Source: Candidatus Hydrogenedentota bacterium (GTDB lineage Bacteria; Hydrogenedentota; Hydrogenedentia; Hydrogenedentales; SLHB01). Taken from it: a stretch of 64,000 bases of DNA. Position 1 is the first letter of the stretch, and every line of letters starts with the position of its first letter. This document shows positions 49,583 through 59,455 of this stretch, piece by piece. The translations under genes and the position numbers were made by a program. Location: assembly GCA_045863295.1 (NCBI GenBank), contig BTWA01000014.1, positions 64,001-128,000 of the forward strand. The letters are read 5' to 3'. The notes beneath the pieces were generated by a model. It did no database searches and was not told the DNA's origin. It saw nothing but the letters and a program-made list of their open reading frames with translations.

Positions 49583-50320
49583 ATGAAAAAGCATTGGTTG
49601 GCGGTTGGACTCGGGTTGCTGGTTTGCACAGCGTCCTTCGCCATAGAACCGGCCTACTACGGACCCAAAGGCAACCCAGAAGAACCGGCCACGCGCCCGT
49701 ACAAAGCGATGTGGCGTGGGGTGAAAGCGTTTTTTTATCACCCTCCGAAGTCCACTCTTGACGGCCACGAGAAGTTGCCGATACTTGGCGGCGCGATCGA
49801 ACTGCCGCGAGGCGTACGCCGTGGCACGGTCGAATTGACGGAAAGCACCTGGAAGGGCATGGCGGGATCGCGCATGCCGGATTACAAACAGCAGATGTAT
49901 TTGAACGAGGTGATTAACGCGGATCAGCGTATTCACTTCTTGACGGACTATGTGGCCGCGGTTGGCGTAATCTGGATAGCAGGGGCGGCTCCGGCGTACC
50001 GGGTGTTCGGCGCGGGCGTGATCGAGATGGCGCAGATGCAGCTTGATTACGATGCGATGGGTCCGGAGGAACAGGAGGCACTTCGCGCGAATGCGTGGTA
50101 CAACCGCGACCGTCTTGGCCTGTACAACCCGGATCGAAACACGCCGCCCAAGGAAGAGGATCCAAACCTGCGCGTGTTTGACGCGAAGCCGAAGAACGGC
50201 GATCTGCTGGAAATTCACACGATGGAAACGCAATCCGAGAATGCGTTCAGCGAAGAGTTTTCCGGCAACATGGTGCGCAAGCAGCGGAAGGGTAAATTGG
50301 CTGCCGAAAAGGCGAGCTGA
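49583..50320 (+). CDS. Secreted hypothetical protein
   Basis: Signal peptide MKKHWLAVGLGLLVCTASFA; no recognised domain. Confidence 0.6.
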   Translation: MKKHWLAVGLGLLVCTASFAIEPAYYGPKGNPEEPATRPYKAMWRGVKAFFYHPPKSTLDGHEKLPILGGAIELPRGVRRGTVELTESTWKGMAGSRMPDYKQQMYLNEVINADQRIHFLTDYVAAVGVIWIAGAAPAYRVFGAGVIEMAQMQLDYDAMGPEEQEALRANAWYNRDRLGLYNPDRNTPPKEEDPNLRVFDAKPKNGDLLEIHTMETQSENAFSEEFSGNMVRKQRKGKLAAEKAS

Positions 50321-50505
50321 AATCAATTGTTCTTGTAGACAATGACTGGCGACAGGGAGAGTCGGGAAGGAATCCGGTTCTCCCTGTTTTCATGTGTTCA
50401 AGGTGACATTTCCGCCGTCTTTTCGCTAGTATTTTGATCTTCAGGAACACTTTCAGGGTGCATGTAGTCCTACGTGCGCCTTCCATTTCCGGAATCGGGG
50501 AACCT

Positions 50506-52308
50506 GTGTTCGAATCGAGTCCAAAACAATTTCTCTTGTTGTTGATCTGCCTTGCATGCGGCGCTTTATTTTTTGAGTTGGGCCGGATGGATGTGTGGAT
50601 GGACAACGAAGGGCAACGGACAGCGCCGCCAGCGGAAATGCTCCGATCGGGTGAATACCTGATACCCACGATCAACGGCGAGACTTACTTGAACAAACCG
50701 CCCTTACTGTATTGGGCCATCGCGGGTATGTACGCGCTTACAGGCACCACCGATCCGTGGGCAGCACGCTTTCCCACCGCGTTGAGTGCCGTACTGCTCG
50801 CCGTTGCATTGTACGGCCTTGGCCGAGGGCACTTGGGAGAGACGGCCGCGCGGTGGGGGTCTTTGTTGATGCTGTCGGCACCGTATTTCCTGCAGCGGGC
50901 GCGGTGGGCCGAGTTGGACGTTCCGTTAGTGTTGTTCACGTTTTGCGCGATCATGATGCTCTACAAAGCGACTCTCGTGGAAGGGCGCGCCGCGGCTATC
51001 CGTAGGGTACTGGTAGGTGGGGCGGCCCTGGCTGCGGCGGTGCTGCTCAAAGGGCCGGTGCCATTCCTTTTTCTTTGGACTGGTTTCATTGCGACCCTGG
51101 CCGTTCACGGCAAACCGAAGTCTACGGTGCTGCACGTGTGCGCATTTGCGACGCTACTCGCGTTTGGTTACCAGTGCGCAGTGGAATTGTCGGCTTGGGC
51201 AAATCCCGTATTCAGACCTGTTGCGGAAAAGCCGATCGGTCTGGTTTTTGTTGTGGCTGTGTGGTCAATCGGTCTCCTTGGTTGGGCCCAGGAACGGCGG
51301 GGCCGGGTGATGGCGGTGTGGATGGGGGGAGCTTTGGCCGGCGTGTTGGGCGCTGCTCCGTGGGGCATCGGGGTGGTTATGGCAAAGGGCTGGCCATTCA
51401 TTCAATCGCTGCTTGACGAACAAGTGGTCGAACGCGTCTCTGTCGCGAGCGAGATCAATTCCGGGTTCGCCTGGTACTACGTGAGTTATCTGCCTTTGCT
51501 TTGCGCTCCCTGGGGACTGCTCTTCCTGTTACATCCCTTGCCGTCGTTGTGGCGATCATCTCCCATGGGGTACCGTTTTGTTATCGTGACAGGCTGGTTG
51601 AGCGTTGTGGTGTTTTCGCTGATTGCCGGAAAGGAGTATGAGTACATTTTGCCGGCGTTTCCGTTTCTTTTGTTGGCGAATGGCTGCCTTCTGGCCGGTG
51701 TCTCTCTGAAGCGTTCGATTCCATTTGTCGAGAATACGGTCAAGATTGCATCCCAAGTATTGATTTTGGCTTTGCCTCCGGTGGCAGTCGCGGGTACAGT
51801 ATACACAGCCGTTGAGTTTGGGCATCCGCTCTTGACTCTCGAAATGACCGTTATCGCCTTGGTTTGCTGTGCGGTTGCATGGCGTGCTTGGACGGTCCCT
51901 GTCCTTCGCATTCAATCCGCTTATATCCTTGGCATTCTGATTTCCGTAGCCGCGTTGGTGTCGCAATCGTTTCATTACACGGGCGATGAATCGCCCAAGG
52001 CGATTGCGCAATTGGCTGGCCGATTGGCCCGTGCTGGGTATGTCGTGGAAACCACAAAGGCCTATCCGGCGGTTGCATACTATGCGGCCACTCGAATCCC
52101 CGAAGTGAAAAGTGCGGAAGTGGTCAAAGAGAAGTTGTCGGGGCCTGATCCGTATTACTGCCTGACACGCAACGAATATCTTCCGGCCATCAAACAATAC
52201 TTGCCCCCAGATATTCGCAATCCCTTGGCAGGTCCTGTCGGGTTTAAAGGACTGATTCTCGTGGGAAATGCCAGCGTGCCTGAACTCGAGGAAGTTTCAA
52301 ATCAATGA
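50506..52308 (+). CDS. ArnT/PMT-like (GT-C) membrane glycosyltransferase
   Basis: NEG..EM..G, YLNKPPLLYW, LLKGPV and KEYEYILPAFP motifs with many TM helices. Start approximate. Confidence 0.88.
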   Translation: MFESSPKQFLLLLICLACGALFFELGRMDVWMDNEGQRTAPPAEMLRSGEYLIPTINGETYLNKPPLLYWAIAGMYALTGTTDPWAARFPTALSAVLLAVALYGLGRGHLGETAARWGSLLMLSAPYFLQRARWAELDVPLVLFTFCAIMMLYKATLVEGRAAAIRRVLVGGAALAAAVLLKGPVPFLFLWTGFIATLAVHGKPKSTVLHVCAFATLLAFGYQCAVELSAWANPVFRPVAEKPIGLVFVVAVWSIGLLGWAQERRGRVMAVWMGGALAGVLGAAPWGIGVVMAKGWPFIQSLLDEQVVERVSVASEINSGFAWYYVSYLPLLCAPWGLLFLLHPLPSLWRSSPMGYRFVIVTGWLSVVVFSLIAGKEYEYILPAFPFLLLANGCLLAGVSLKRSIPFVENTVKIASQVLILALPPVAVAGTVYTAVEFGHPLLTLEMTVIALVCCAVAWRAWTVPVLRIQSAYILGILISVAALVSQSFHYTGDESPKAIAQLAGRLARAGYVVETTKAYPAVAYYAATRIPEVKSAEVVKEKLSGPDPYYCLTRNEYLPAIKQYLPPDIRNPLAGPVGFKGLILVGNASVPELEEVSNQ

Positions 52309-52501
52309 CGTGCAGAGTTTCGAGACGGTTGTACCGATTCAAGTGGTAAAACAGAACGGAAAATCCGGAATCGATTCATTGTAGTTACCGCGATTCACGG
52401 CGGTCATGCATCCAATCCAGCCCGTAATTGGAAAATCCCGGCGGCGCAGTCTCTCGATGCACCTTGTCCGACTACACGCAGATTAGGGCATGCAGCAGTA
52501 G

Positions 52502-53128
52502 TTATTTTGGTTGTGTAAGCGCTGTATAGCTTGTTATCAGGTTGCGATAGTCTGGAATACGGTTGGAAAACAGCGCTGCGAGGCCTTCGACGTCGTTTCG
52601 CCAATCTCGGTGCAATTCGCACGCCACAGCGAACCAGTTCATCAATTGTGCGCCTGCGGCCGCCATACGTGTCCAGGCGGAATGACGGGCGATCTCGTCA
52701 AAGGTGCCGGATGCGTCGGTTACGACGAATACTTCATACCCTTCTTCAATAGCGGACAATGCAGGGAACGCGACGCACACTTCGGTCACAATACCGGCAA
52801 TAATCAATTGCTTCCTGCCTGTTGCCTTGACTGCTTGCACGAATTCTTCGTTGTCCCATGCGTTGATATTGCCAGGTCGGGCGATGAAAGGCGCGTCAGG
52901 AAAGAGCTTCTTGAGTTCCGGCATCAGCAGTCCATTGGGGCCGTTTTCAAAACTCGTAGTGAGAATAGTGGGGAGTTTGAAATAGAGTGCCAGATCAGCG
53001 AGAGCCAACACGTTGTTCGTGAATTTAGCCGGTTCGATGTCACGAACGAGCGATAGCAAGCCAGCTTGGTGGTCCACCAATAGAACGGCCGCGTTGTTCT
53101 TGTCAAGACGTACATATGGCTTATCCAT
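52502..53128 (-). CDS. ycaC: YcaC-like isochorismatase-family hydrolase
   Basis: KPYVRLDKNNAAVLLVDHQAGLLSLVRD, RPGNINAWDN, TEVCVAFPALS and ELHRDWRND. AAGGAG RBS. Confidence 0.92.
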   Translation of the reverse strand: MDKPYVRLDKNNAAVLLVDHQAGLLSLVRDIEPAKFTNNVLALADLALYFKLPTILTTSFENGPNGLLMPELKKLFPDAPFIARPGNINAWDNEEFVQAVKATGRKQLIIAGIVTEVCVAFPALSAIEEGYEVFVVTDASGTFDEIARHSAWTRMAAAGAQLMNWFAVACELHRDWRNDVEGLAALFSNRIPDYRNLITSYTALTQPK

Positions 53129-53350
53129 GCTGTTACTCCTTCGAGTATTAGAAAGCCGATACCTTAATGCCTTGCAGGTACTCTCCATTATCGCACGCCT
53201 GAAAGGGTTTATCTATAGCATGAAGCACCACAAATTGAGTCCGTTATCGTTTTCACGTTGCGTGATGTTTGCATCCGGCGCCAGTGCGGCTGAAGTGCGT
53301 TTCTTTCACCGGCTAGCGGCGACTGTAGTTCAACCCGGAGCAGAATGCGG

Positions 53351-53356
53351 TATACT
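53351..53356 (+). promoter_or_regulatory. -10 element of rnpB
   Basis: TATACT 7 nt before the RNase P RNA 5' end. Confidence 0.55.
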
Positions 53357-53363
53357 CTCTTCT

Positions 53364-53744
53364 GCAGCAAGTTGGCCGGACGGCCGCGGTGCTTCGCAAG
53401 AAGCATGGAGGAAAGTCCGAGCTCCACAGGGCAAGGTGCCTGGTAACGCCAGGGCGGGGCAACCCGACGGAAAGTGGCACAGAAACGACACCGCCGATGG
53501 CCGGGCTTTTGTCCGGATCAGGCAAGGGTGAAATGGTGCGGTAAGAGCGCACCGGTGGCCCGGCAACGGGCCAGCCGGCTAAACCCCACCTGGAGCAATG
53601 CCTAATAGGGGATCCATGAAGCGGCCCGCTTCGATCCCGGGTTGGCAGCTTGAGGCGTCCGGCGACGGGCGTCCCAGATGAATGGCCGTCACGGAGTCTT
53701 TCGGGATTCTACGACAGAACTCGGCTTACAGGCCGGCTTGTTGC
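53364..53744 (+). ncRNA. rnpB: RNase P RNA (bacterial type A)
   Basis: GAGGAAAGTCCGAGCTC, GGTAAGAGCGCACC, AAACCCCACCTGGAGCAA and ACAGAACTCGGCTTA. P1 pairing GCAGCAAGTTGGCC/GGCCGGCTTGTTGC. Confidence 0.98.
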
Positions 53745-53755
53745 GCGTATCATGA

Positions 53756-53793
53756 CAGGGCCGCCGCACGACGAGACACGTGCGGCGGCCCTG
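53756..53793. terminator. GC-rich hairpin between convergent rnpB and PKD gene
   Basis: CAGGGCCGCCGCACG-loop-CGTGCGGCGGCCCTG perfect inverted repeat, without a clear T-tract. Confidence 0.6.
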
Positions 53794-53815
53794 AAACCAT
53801 TCAAGGTGAAATCAC

Positions 53816-56800
53816 TTATTCTTCTTCTTCGAAGCAACTCGATTCGGGAATCATGATCCGGAATCCGATGAAGTTTTCGCAGACCGATGGTTCGGCCGAA
53901 TCCCGCCGCGCCGTTCTCAGTTCGTTCGTATCGGTTTCCTGCCAACTTCCGCCGCGCACAATAATTTCATCCGTGGAGAAATCGCCTCCTGCCGCCTTAA
54001 AGGGCGGGGTATAGTCGAACGGCGCAGTCTGCGTCCATTCCCACACGTTACCGGTCATGTCGAAGCAACCGGCTGGGCTTCGGCTATCCACGGTGCCAGC
54101 ATTGGAGCCGTTGTAAAATCCGACGTTTGTGGTAAACGGCGGATTGGTCAGAGTCAGCGGATTGGCGGACGCGAAATTGGCGCGGGTGGGGTCAATCGTA
54201 TTCGCGCTGAAGCCAAATATAAAGTGGGTATTCGTCGCGTTGTTCCACGCAGCCGCATGTTCCCAGTTGTCTTCATTGGGCAACTGGAATCCTATTGGGC
54301 CAATGCCCGGAGAAAACGTGAACGTGGTGAGATCGTACGTTGCGTCAAAGCCTTGTTCGGTGTTCACCCACACGCAATAGGCGATGGCGCCAAACCAACT
54401 CACCTCGGTGACCGGATGTTCAGCCATGGATTGGTTGTCACGACGCTTGACGAAGAACAGACCGAGCGTGCTGTCGAATTCGATATCCGAGAATTCGCCT
54501 GCGCCGCTGCCCCCGGCAATTTGCAGTAGACGCACGCCGTTGAAGAAGACATCGCCGCCGTCGTAAGGGTCACCGGCCTGGTTTTCAAAGGCGAAACTGT
54601 CGCTGAGTGCGAAGTTCAGCGCGTCGACATATTGAATGTTTGTCGTTTCCGTATCCGCCATGCTGATGGCTTCGGTGGGAATGCCGGGCATCTGCGGCAA
54701 TTCATTGGGGAATGTCATACCGTCATTGATTTCTTCGTCTGATGGTCCTTGGTCGAAGAAGTCAAAATCGTGGCAGACGAAGAGCGGCAGGACAGGTTCT
54801 GAGGCCGTAATTGTGACTGTATCCTGCGTACTGGCGACCTTTGCGGCCGGTTGTCCGTCATTGACGATCAGCCCAATGGTGTAGTTACCGGCCACGTCTG
54901 GTATGAACGTTGGCGTGGACGACGTTGGATTTTGCAGTGTGGTGACGCTGCCAATGGGCTGCGACACGATGGTCCATGCAAAAGTCAACGGATCGCTGTT
55001 CGGATCGCTCGATCCCGTTCCGTCCAGTTGCACCTCTTCAAACTGGAACAACGTCTGATCGCCGCCGGCATTGGCCTGGGGCGGGTCGTTTGTGACCGAA
55101 ATCGTAACGGTGTCCATTGAGGAATCGTCAAAGCCGTCGTTTACGACGAGTCCGAGCACGTAGGGACCCGCGACGTCGGGAGTGAAACTCGGGGTACTCG
55201 TGGTGGCATTGCTCAATGTGGCCGTGCTTCCGCCGGGGGCCGATTCGATGGTCCATGCAAATGTCAATGGATCGCTGTCGGCATCGGAAGACCCGGAGCC
55301 ATTAAGAGACACCAAGGTCTTGTTCTCTACGGTTTGCGGAGGGCCGGCTTCGGCGTCCGGGACTTGGTTGATGCAATCAATCACGACCGTCGCTTTCGGG
55401 CTTGGGATTTTTGCGGGCTTCCCGTCGTTCACGATCAGACCGAACGTGTAGGTGCCCAACAAATCGGCATTGACCGTCGGATTTTGAGCCACGTTACTTG
55501 ACAAGGCGGCTGTACTTCCTCCCGGCACACTCTCAATCGACCACAGGTAGGTCAGTGCATCGCCTTGCGGGTCAGTGCCGTTGCCCAACAAATGAATGAG
55601 TTCCCCGCGCACTACGGCCTTTTCTTGAATGGATGGCAGTGCGGTGGGTGGGCTGTTGGGCGGCAACACGGTAATCACCACTGTATCGGGATTGCTGGCG
55701 ACCTTGGTGGGTTGTCCGTCATCGACGATCAAGCTGAATTCATACTCGCCTGGTATGGAAGGCTCGAACGATGGACTTACCGTGTTAGCGTTTTCCAACG
55801 TGATTCCTGGAACCACTTTGGCGCCGGCTCCTGGCTGGCTGACAATTGTCCACGCGTAGGTGATTGTGTCGCCGTTTGGATCAAACGACGCAGATCCGTC
55901 GAGGGTCACAACGGATCCGTCAAAGGCTTTTACGTCATCAAAAGACAAAGTAACCGTTTCATCGGGGCCGGCGTTGGCCGTCGGGGGTAAATTTGCTTCG
56001 GTCATGGTGATGATGACGTTGTCCGGCTGACTGGCCACTTTGTCAGGCTTGCCGTCGTTCACAATCAACTGAAATTCGTACTCGCCCTCGGCAAAGGGAA
56101 AGAATGTAGGTGTTGCGGTGTCCGCGTTACTCAAGGATAAGGCACGCGGGGCGGGCATCGGAGGCGCCACCGCAGGCGTGCGAACGACCGTCCACGCATA
56201 CGTGATGGGATCGCCGTTCGGGTCAAACGATTGTGTGCCGTCCAGTTGCACGCCGCCGGATTCTTGTTTCGCGGGTGTGGCCAAAACCTCGGTACGATCG
56301 GGGCCCGCGTCTGCGATGGGCGCAAAATTCGGGAACTGCATGGTGATGACGACATTGTCGGGTTGGCTTGCCACTTTGGAGGCCTTGCCATCGTCGACCG
56401 TCAACTGGAATTCGTATTCGCCTGCAATGAACGGGATAAACGTGGGATTGGCCGTGTTTGCTCCGCTAAGCTCGATATCTGTGGAGATTCCCTTGGTCTG
56501 GCCTGGAGTACGAACGACAGTCCACGAGTAGGTGATAGTGTCGCCATCCGGGTCGAACGATTCTGTACCGTCCAATTCAACGGACCCTGATTCCTGCTTT
56601 CCAAGATTGGTCAGAAATTCGGTCCGATCGTCGCCGGCGTCAGCCACTGGGGGGCGATTGGGGATATCATCGACACCGATGCATACGGCGTCGTTAATGG
56701 TCGCTGTGCCGCAGAATCCATTGGAAAGCGTTACGGTGAGCGATACGTCATAGCACCCCGGCGCCGTGTATTGGTGAATGACGTTTTGTCCGACGCCGGT

Positions 56801-57130
56801 AGTACCATCGCCAAAATCCCAGTCCCATCGAATTGGAAACCCTACAAACAGAAAGTCAAAATTAAACTGGGTGCCCTGGGGTGCAGGTCCGTTGTCCACG
56901 GGGTCGTCGTCGCCGGGCGTTGGTTCGTCACGGAATTTTGCAAGGACCAGCGGTGGCGATACGGTTACATCGCCCTCGAACAGGATGTCCGTGTTGGGTT
57001 GTGCCACACGAGGACTTGCTGTGATTGTTGGCTGTACCAATCCCGTTGGGCATTTAAACCCAACCAGGACCAATACCAAGGAAACCATGACAAACTTGAA
57101 GTGTCGCTGCATGAATACACGCGCGTTCAT
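53816..57130 (-). CDS. Probable lipoprotein with PKD, 6 PKD/K319L-like repeats and C-terminal FGE-sulfatase (SUMF1) domain
   Basis: WDWDFGDG; repeats NxxPxAxAG..LDG..SxDP.GD.ITY.W; HPVTEVSWFGAIAYC, DMTGNVWEW, RGGSW, IGFR. AAGGAGG RBS before MNARVF. Confidence 0.88.
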   Translation of the reverse strand: MNARVFMQRHFKFVMVSLVLVLVGFKCPTGLVQPTITASPRVAQPNTDILFEGDVTVSPPLVLAKFRDEPTPGDDDPVDNGPAPQGTQFNFDFLFVGFPIRWDWDFGDGTTGVGQNVIHQYTAPGCYDVSLTVTLSNGFCGTATINDAVCIGVDDIPNRPPVADAGDDRTEFLTNLGKQESGSVELDGTESFDPDGDTITYSWTVVRTPGQTKGISTDIELSGANTANPTFIPFIAGEYEFQLTVDDGKASKVASQPDNVVITMQFPNFAPIADAGPDRTEVLATPAKQESGGVQLDGTQSFDPNGDPITYAWTVVRTPAVAPPMPAPRALSLSNADTATPTFFPFAEGEYEFQLIVNDGKPDKVASQPDNVIITMTEANLPPTANAGPDETVTLSFDDVKAFDGSVVTLDGSASFDPNGDTITYAWTIVSQPGAGAKVVPGITLENANTVSPSFEPSIPGEYEFSLIVDDGQPTKVASNPDTVVITVLPPNSPPTALPSIQEKAVVRGELIHLLGNGTDPQGDALTYLWSIESVPGGSTAALSSNVAQNPTVNADLLGTYTFGLIVNDGKPAKIPSPKATVVIDCINQVPDAEAGPPQTVENKTLVSLNGSGSSDADSDPLTFAWTIESAPGGSTATLSNATTSTPSFTPDVAGPYVLGLVVNDGFDDSSMDTVTISVTNDPPQANAGGDQTLFQFEEVQLDGTGSSDPNSDPLTFAWTIVSQPIGSVTTLQNPTSSTPTFIPDVAGNYTIGLIVNDGQPAAKVASTQDTVTITASEPVLPLFVCHDFDFFDQGPSDEEINDGMTFPNELPQMPGIPTEAISMADTETTNIQYVDALNFALSDSFAFENQAGDPYDGGDVFFNGVRLLQIAGGSGAGEFSDIEFDSTLGLFFVKRRDNQSMAEHPVTEVSWFGAIAYCVWVNTEQGFDATYDLTTFTFSPGIGPIGFQLPNEDNWEHAAAWNNATNTHFIFGFSANTIDPTRANFASANPLTLTNPPFTTNVGFYNGSNAGTVDSRSPAGCFDMTGNVWEWTQTAPFDYTPPFKAAGGDFSTDEIIVRGGSWQETDTNELRTARRDSAEPSVCENFIGFRIMIPESSCFEEEE

Positions 57131-57436
57131 GACGCCTCCTTCGCACATTCAAGGCCGCAGTTCATACGACCGAGTCACAATCGTCCGTCGCCGCCATCTA
57201 AATAATGCAGTTGACTGATTGCTTCTACATTCCAGCCAGGCATCGACTCCAAGAATTCCCGCCTTTGGGCTGATCGGTCAGAATCACCATTCATACCGGC
57301 TGTGCAAGCGAACCTGCCCAAAGCAGGTCCGCTGAGGTCCGAGTCACCACAAGTACCGCACAAGCACGCGATTCACTTCATCCCGGCTGGCCCTATTGGC
57401 CTCCGGCACATAGTCCACAATGTGGGTGCACCGCGT

Positions 57437-59245
57437 TCATTGTGGCGATTCAAGCAACACGGTTACAATCACATTATCGGGAGTGCTCGCTACCTTTGTG
57501 GGCTTGCCGTCGTCCACAATAAGTTGAAATTCGTATTCACCCGTTAGAATGGGCGTGAACGTTGGATTTGGGCTGTTCGAACCGGACAACGTAATATCGA
57601 CAGCCTTGGTTTGTTGGGAGCTTGGCTGGCTAACGATGGTCCACGCATAGGTGAGTCCATCACCGTCGGGATCAAACGACTTAGTTCCATCGAGCGTAAC
57701 CACGCCATTTTCGATAATCTTGAATTCATTGAATTCCAGGAAGACAGTTTCGTCCGGACCTGCGTTTGCAATCGGTAGTTGATTCGGGAACGAGGCGGTG
57801 ATAATGACATTGTCCGGTTGGCTTGCCACCTTGGACACTTGTCCATCATTGACAATCAATTGGAATTCATATTCGCCGGGCACGGTGGGAGTAAAGGTCG
57901 GACTGGCCGTGTCGGCGCCATTGAGCGTAATGGCCCGGCTACCTTTTCCAGCTACAGCCGACGGATCACGCACGACCGTCCAGGCATAGGTCAGCGGATC
58001 GCCGTCCAAGTCAAATGATCCCGTGCCGTCCAGTGTCACCACCGTTCCGTCGAAGGCCTTCTTATCGGCGAATTGCAGTGTAATCGATTCGTCGGGGCCG
58101 GCGTTTGCGATCGGAGCCCGGTTTGGAATTTCCATTGTGATCACCACGTTATCCGGCTGGCTTGCCACTTTGGTAGGTTTGCCATCGTCGACAATCAATT
58201 GAAATTCATACTCGCCCGGGGCGAACGGGAAAAATGTCGGCGTTGCTGTGTCGGCATTGCTCAGAGACAACGCACGGATGGCGGGCAACGGAAGCGGTAC
58301 GTCGGGGGTTCTGATTACAGTCCACGAATAGGTGATGGGATCGCCATTAGGATCGAACGAGCTTGAACCGTCCAACTGCACGCCGCCCGATTCTTGCCTG
58401 ATTTCCAAGAAATCCTCAGTGCGATCCGGACCCGCCAACGCAACGGGGGGAAAATTGGGCTCAACCATCGTGATAATTACATTGTCTGGTTGGCTTTCTA
58501 TTTTTTCCGCTTGTCCATCGTCGACAATCAATTGGAACTCATACTCGCCTGGGAAGAACGGGAAGAAGGTGGGAGTCGCCGTGTCCGCATCTTCCAGTTC
58601 AATCTCGCGGGAGCTGATACGATCCGGTTGCGGGGACCGAACGACAGTCCATGAATAGGTGATCTCGTCGTCATCCGGGTCGAAGGACTGGGTGCCGTCC
58701 AGTTGCACAGTACCCGTTTCCTGTTTGCCAAAGATGGCGAGGGTTTCCGTTCTGTCGTCGCCTGCATCGGCCACGGGCGGACGATTCGGAATATCTCCCA
58801 TTCCGGCGCATACGGCGTCGTTGATGAATGCGGTTCCCGTCAATCCGTTTGAAAGGGTTACTTTTAATGTGACGTCATAACAGCCTGGAGCGGTATATTG
58901 GTGAAAGACGTTTTGGCCCTTGGCCTTGACTCCGTCGCCAAAATCCCAGTCCCAGGAAATGATGAACACAGGAAATGCCGGCAAAACCGGCGGTGGATTC
59001 ACTCCACCCTGAGGCGGGTCGTCGTCGCCGGGTTGCGGTTCATCCCGGAATTTTGACAGCGCGAGTGGCGGCAAGATGTCGACATCGCCTTCGAAGAGGA
59101 TGTCCGTGTTGAGATCGGCGTTGCGCGGACTAATTGAAATCTTGGGCTGAATCAAGGTTGTCGGACACTCAAATCCAAGCAGGGCCAAAACAATTGGCAA
59201 TAGCAAATAATTCAGACGTTTTCCCGTTACTGTCCGCGCGCTCAT
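57437..59245 (-). CDS. Paralogous probable lipoprotein with PKD and 4 PKD/K319L-like repeats, no FGE domain
   Basis: Colinear with the downstream gene (DILFEGDV, KFRDEPxPGDDDP, HQYTAPGCYDV, IPNRPPVADAGDDRTE). AGGAGG RBS before MSARTV. Confidence 0.88.
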   Translation of the reverse strand: MSARTVTGKRLNYLLLPIVLALLGFECPTTLIQPKISISPRNADLNTDILFEGDVDILPPLALSKFRDEPQPGDDDPPQGGVNPPPVLPAFPVFIISWDWDFGDGVKAKGQNVFHQYTAPGCYDVTLKVTLSNGLTGTAFINDAVCAGMGDIPNRPPVADAGDDRTETLAIFGKQETGTVQLDGTQSFDPDDDEITYSWTVVRSPQPDRISSREIELEDADTATPTFFPFFPGEYEFQLIVDDGQAEKIESQPDNVIITMVEPNFPPVALAGPDRTEDFLEIRQESGGVQLDGSSSFDPNGDPITYSWTVIRTPDVPLPLPAIRALSLSNADTATPTFFPFAPGEYEFQLIVDDGKPTKVASQPDNVVITMEIPNRAPIANAGPDESITLQFADKKAFDGTVVTLDGTGSFDLDGDPLTYAWTVVRDPSAVAGKGSRAITLNGADTASPTFTPTVPGEYEFQLIVNDGQVSKVASQPDNVIITASFPNQLPIANAGPDETVFLEFNEFKIIENGVVTLDGTKSFDPDGDGLTYAWTIVSQPSSQQTKAVDITLSGSNSPNPTFTPILTGEYEFQLIVDDGKPTKVASTPDNVIVTVLLESPQ

Positions 59246-59455
59246 CCCACCTCCTACCCAAAACACAGTTACCTTAGAAACCTGTGCGCCCCAACCCCAA
59301 ATCACAATGCGGGCCAAGACAGAACGGATCTCACCCGGTTTTGCACCGCGTTCATTCGTGTCCAGAGCCCACATGCCAGTACTAAAGGGTGCACCCAAAG
59401 CATGACCCTTGTCAAGACATAAAACTAAGGGGGGCATTTTGTTACATCTGTGCTG

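Noticed and set aside
53013..54014. Short ORFs overlapping rnpB
   Set aside because: Region is explained by the RNase P RNA and neighbouring genes.
53816..54100. Diversity-generating retroelement targeting the FGE domain
   Set aside because: No reverse transcriptase and no template repeat of the RGGSW..GFR region seen in the window. A remote DGR cannot be excluded.
54800..58800. CRISPR-like or non-coding DNA repeats
   Set aside because: Repeats are degenerate, in-frame protein domain repeats, not identical repeats with spacers.
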